This document shows positions 63,425 to 64,000 of a stretch of DNA of 64,000 nt, piece by piece. The DNA comes from Gemmatimonadales bacterium (GTDB taxonomy: Bacteria > Gemmatimonadota > Gemmatimonadetes > Gemmatimonadales > GWC2-71-9). The notes beneath the pieces were generated by a model. It searched no databases and had not been told where the DNA came from. It saw only the letters and a list, made by a program, of their open reading frames with translations. Position 1 is the first letter of the stretch. Every line of letters starts with the position of its first letter. The stretch spans positions 15,315-79,314 of the forward strand of contig JBIOUY010000082.1 of the NCBI GenBank assembly GCA_044867445.1, read 5' to 3'. A program made the translations under genes and the position numbers.

Positions 63425-64000
63425 ATGTCGGATGCATTCCTCAGCTCCGACGACTTCGACGAACAAGCCCATCACCTCTACAACGAAGGACGCTATGATG
63501 AAGCCCTGAGCATACTTAAAGAGGGAATTGCCCTCTATCCCCACGCGGTTGAACTCCATATCGGAAGAGCCTACGCCCACCTAGCCCGCGAGGAATTCGC
63601 CTGGGCTCGCCGCAGCTTTGAGCAGGCACTCTCACTCGACCCAGACCATGAGGATGGCCTCGCCGGGTTGGGCGAAACCGTGCTCAAAGTGGGCGACAGA
63701 GCCGCGGCGCTCCGCGCGTTCGAGCGCATCCTTCAGCTCGGATTTCAGGATGACCACGAGCTCATGCTTCAGGTCGGCCGGGCGCTTTTCCGTGAAGGTT
63801 TGATTGCGCCCGCGCACCGGTTCTTCGACCTGGCCGCCTCGGCGCACCCCGAGTCGCCCGACGCAGCCGCCTGCCTGGGCTACGCGGCGCATCGATTGGG
63901 CAACGATGCCGGCGCGTTTTACTGGCTGCGACGGGCGCTGGAGATCGACGCCAACTACACCGAGGCGCGGATCTACCTGGCGAATCTGCTGTATGATCGC
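63425..64000 (+). CDS. TPR-repeat protein (5' part; continues beyond the window)
   Basis: The ATG at 63425 is preceded by GGAGG. My translation is MSDAFLSSDDFDEQAHHLYNEGRYDEALSILKEGIALYP...FEQALSLDPDHEDGL..., showing repeated 34-aa TPR units. It is not in the ORF track because it has no stop in the window. Confidence 0.75.
   Translation, partial: MSDAFLSSDDFDEQAHHLYNEGRYDEALSILKEGIALYPHAVELHIGRAYAHLAREEFAWARRSFEQALSLDPDHEDGLAGLGETVLKVGDRAAALRAFERILQLGFQDDHELMLQVGRALFREGLIAPAHRFFDLAASAHPESPDAAACLGYAAHRLGNDAGAFYWLRRALEIDANYTEARIYLANLLYDR

Overview
This is a GC-rich bacterial chromosomal segment; third codon positions are dominated by G/C. The phylum cannot be determined from the sequence alone. 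I recognise about 65 densely packed protein-coding genes, many joined by ATGA/GTGA start-stop overlaps. I found no rRNA, tRNA, CRISPR array, transposase or integrase.

Modules from left to right:
- Two glycosyltransferases.
- DNA repair genes: nth, PolX-PHP and a translationally coupled unknown.
- Peptidases (M28-PDZ, M42), an OPT oligopeptide transporter, an ECF sigma/anti-sigma pair and PBP4.
- A methionine/folate block: an MTHFR-like gene, a homocysteine-methyltransferase/MTHFR fusion and metH.
- yggT and a DUF167 gene, a soluble acyl-ACP desaturase, and thioredoxin 2.
- An eight-gene non-flagellar chemosensory operon (cheY-cheY-cheA-cheW-mcp-HEAT-cheR-cheB).
- cutA-mgtE.
- An anion porin plus a TupABC-like oxyanion ABC importer, preceded by a structured leader.
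- pruA.
- A pqqABCDE operon that continues without a gap into an ABC-2 exporter pair.
- A three-gene signalling operon directly upstream of pqqA: a PAS enhancer-binding protein (EBP), a histidine kinase and an NtrC-type regulator.
- A tetR-tolC-emrA-emrB efflux operon.

The most interesting observations:
1. pqqA, a 24-codon gene absent from the ORF track, is preceded by a good -24/-12 sigma-54 promoter, an AT-rich IHF-like stretch and three copies of a 16-bp palindrome, TGGGTGA-N2-TCACCCA.
2. The pqq operon is translationally coupled to an ABC-2 exporter, which makes that exporter a candidate PQQ export system.
3. One of the two sigma-54-type activators has a degenerate GAFTGA loop and Walker B motif.
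4. A multi-stem leader sequesters the Shine-Dalgarno sequence of the porin-tupABC operon.
5. Five intergenic elements share one architecture: locus-specific 7-9 nt tandem repeats paired with their own inverted copy.

All calls come from reading the ORF translations and the DNA by eye. No database search or folding program was run.
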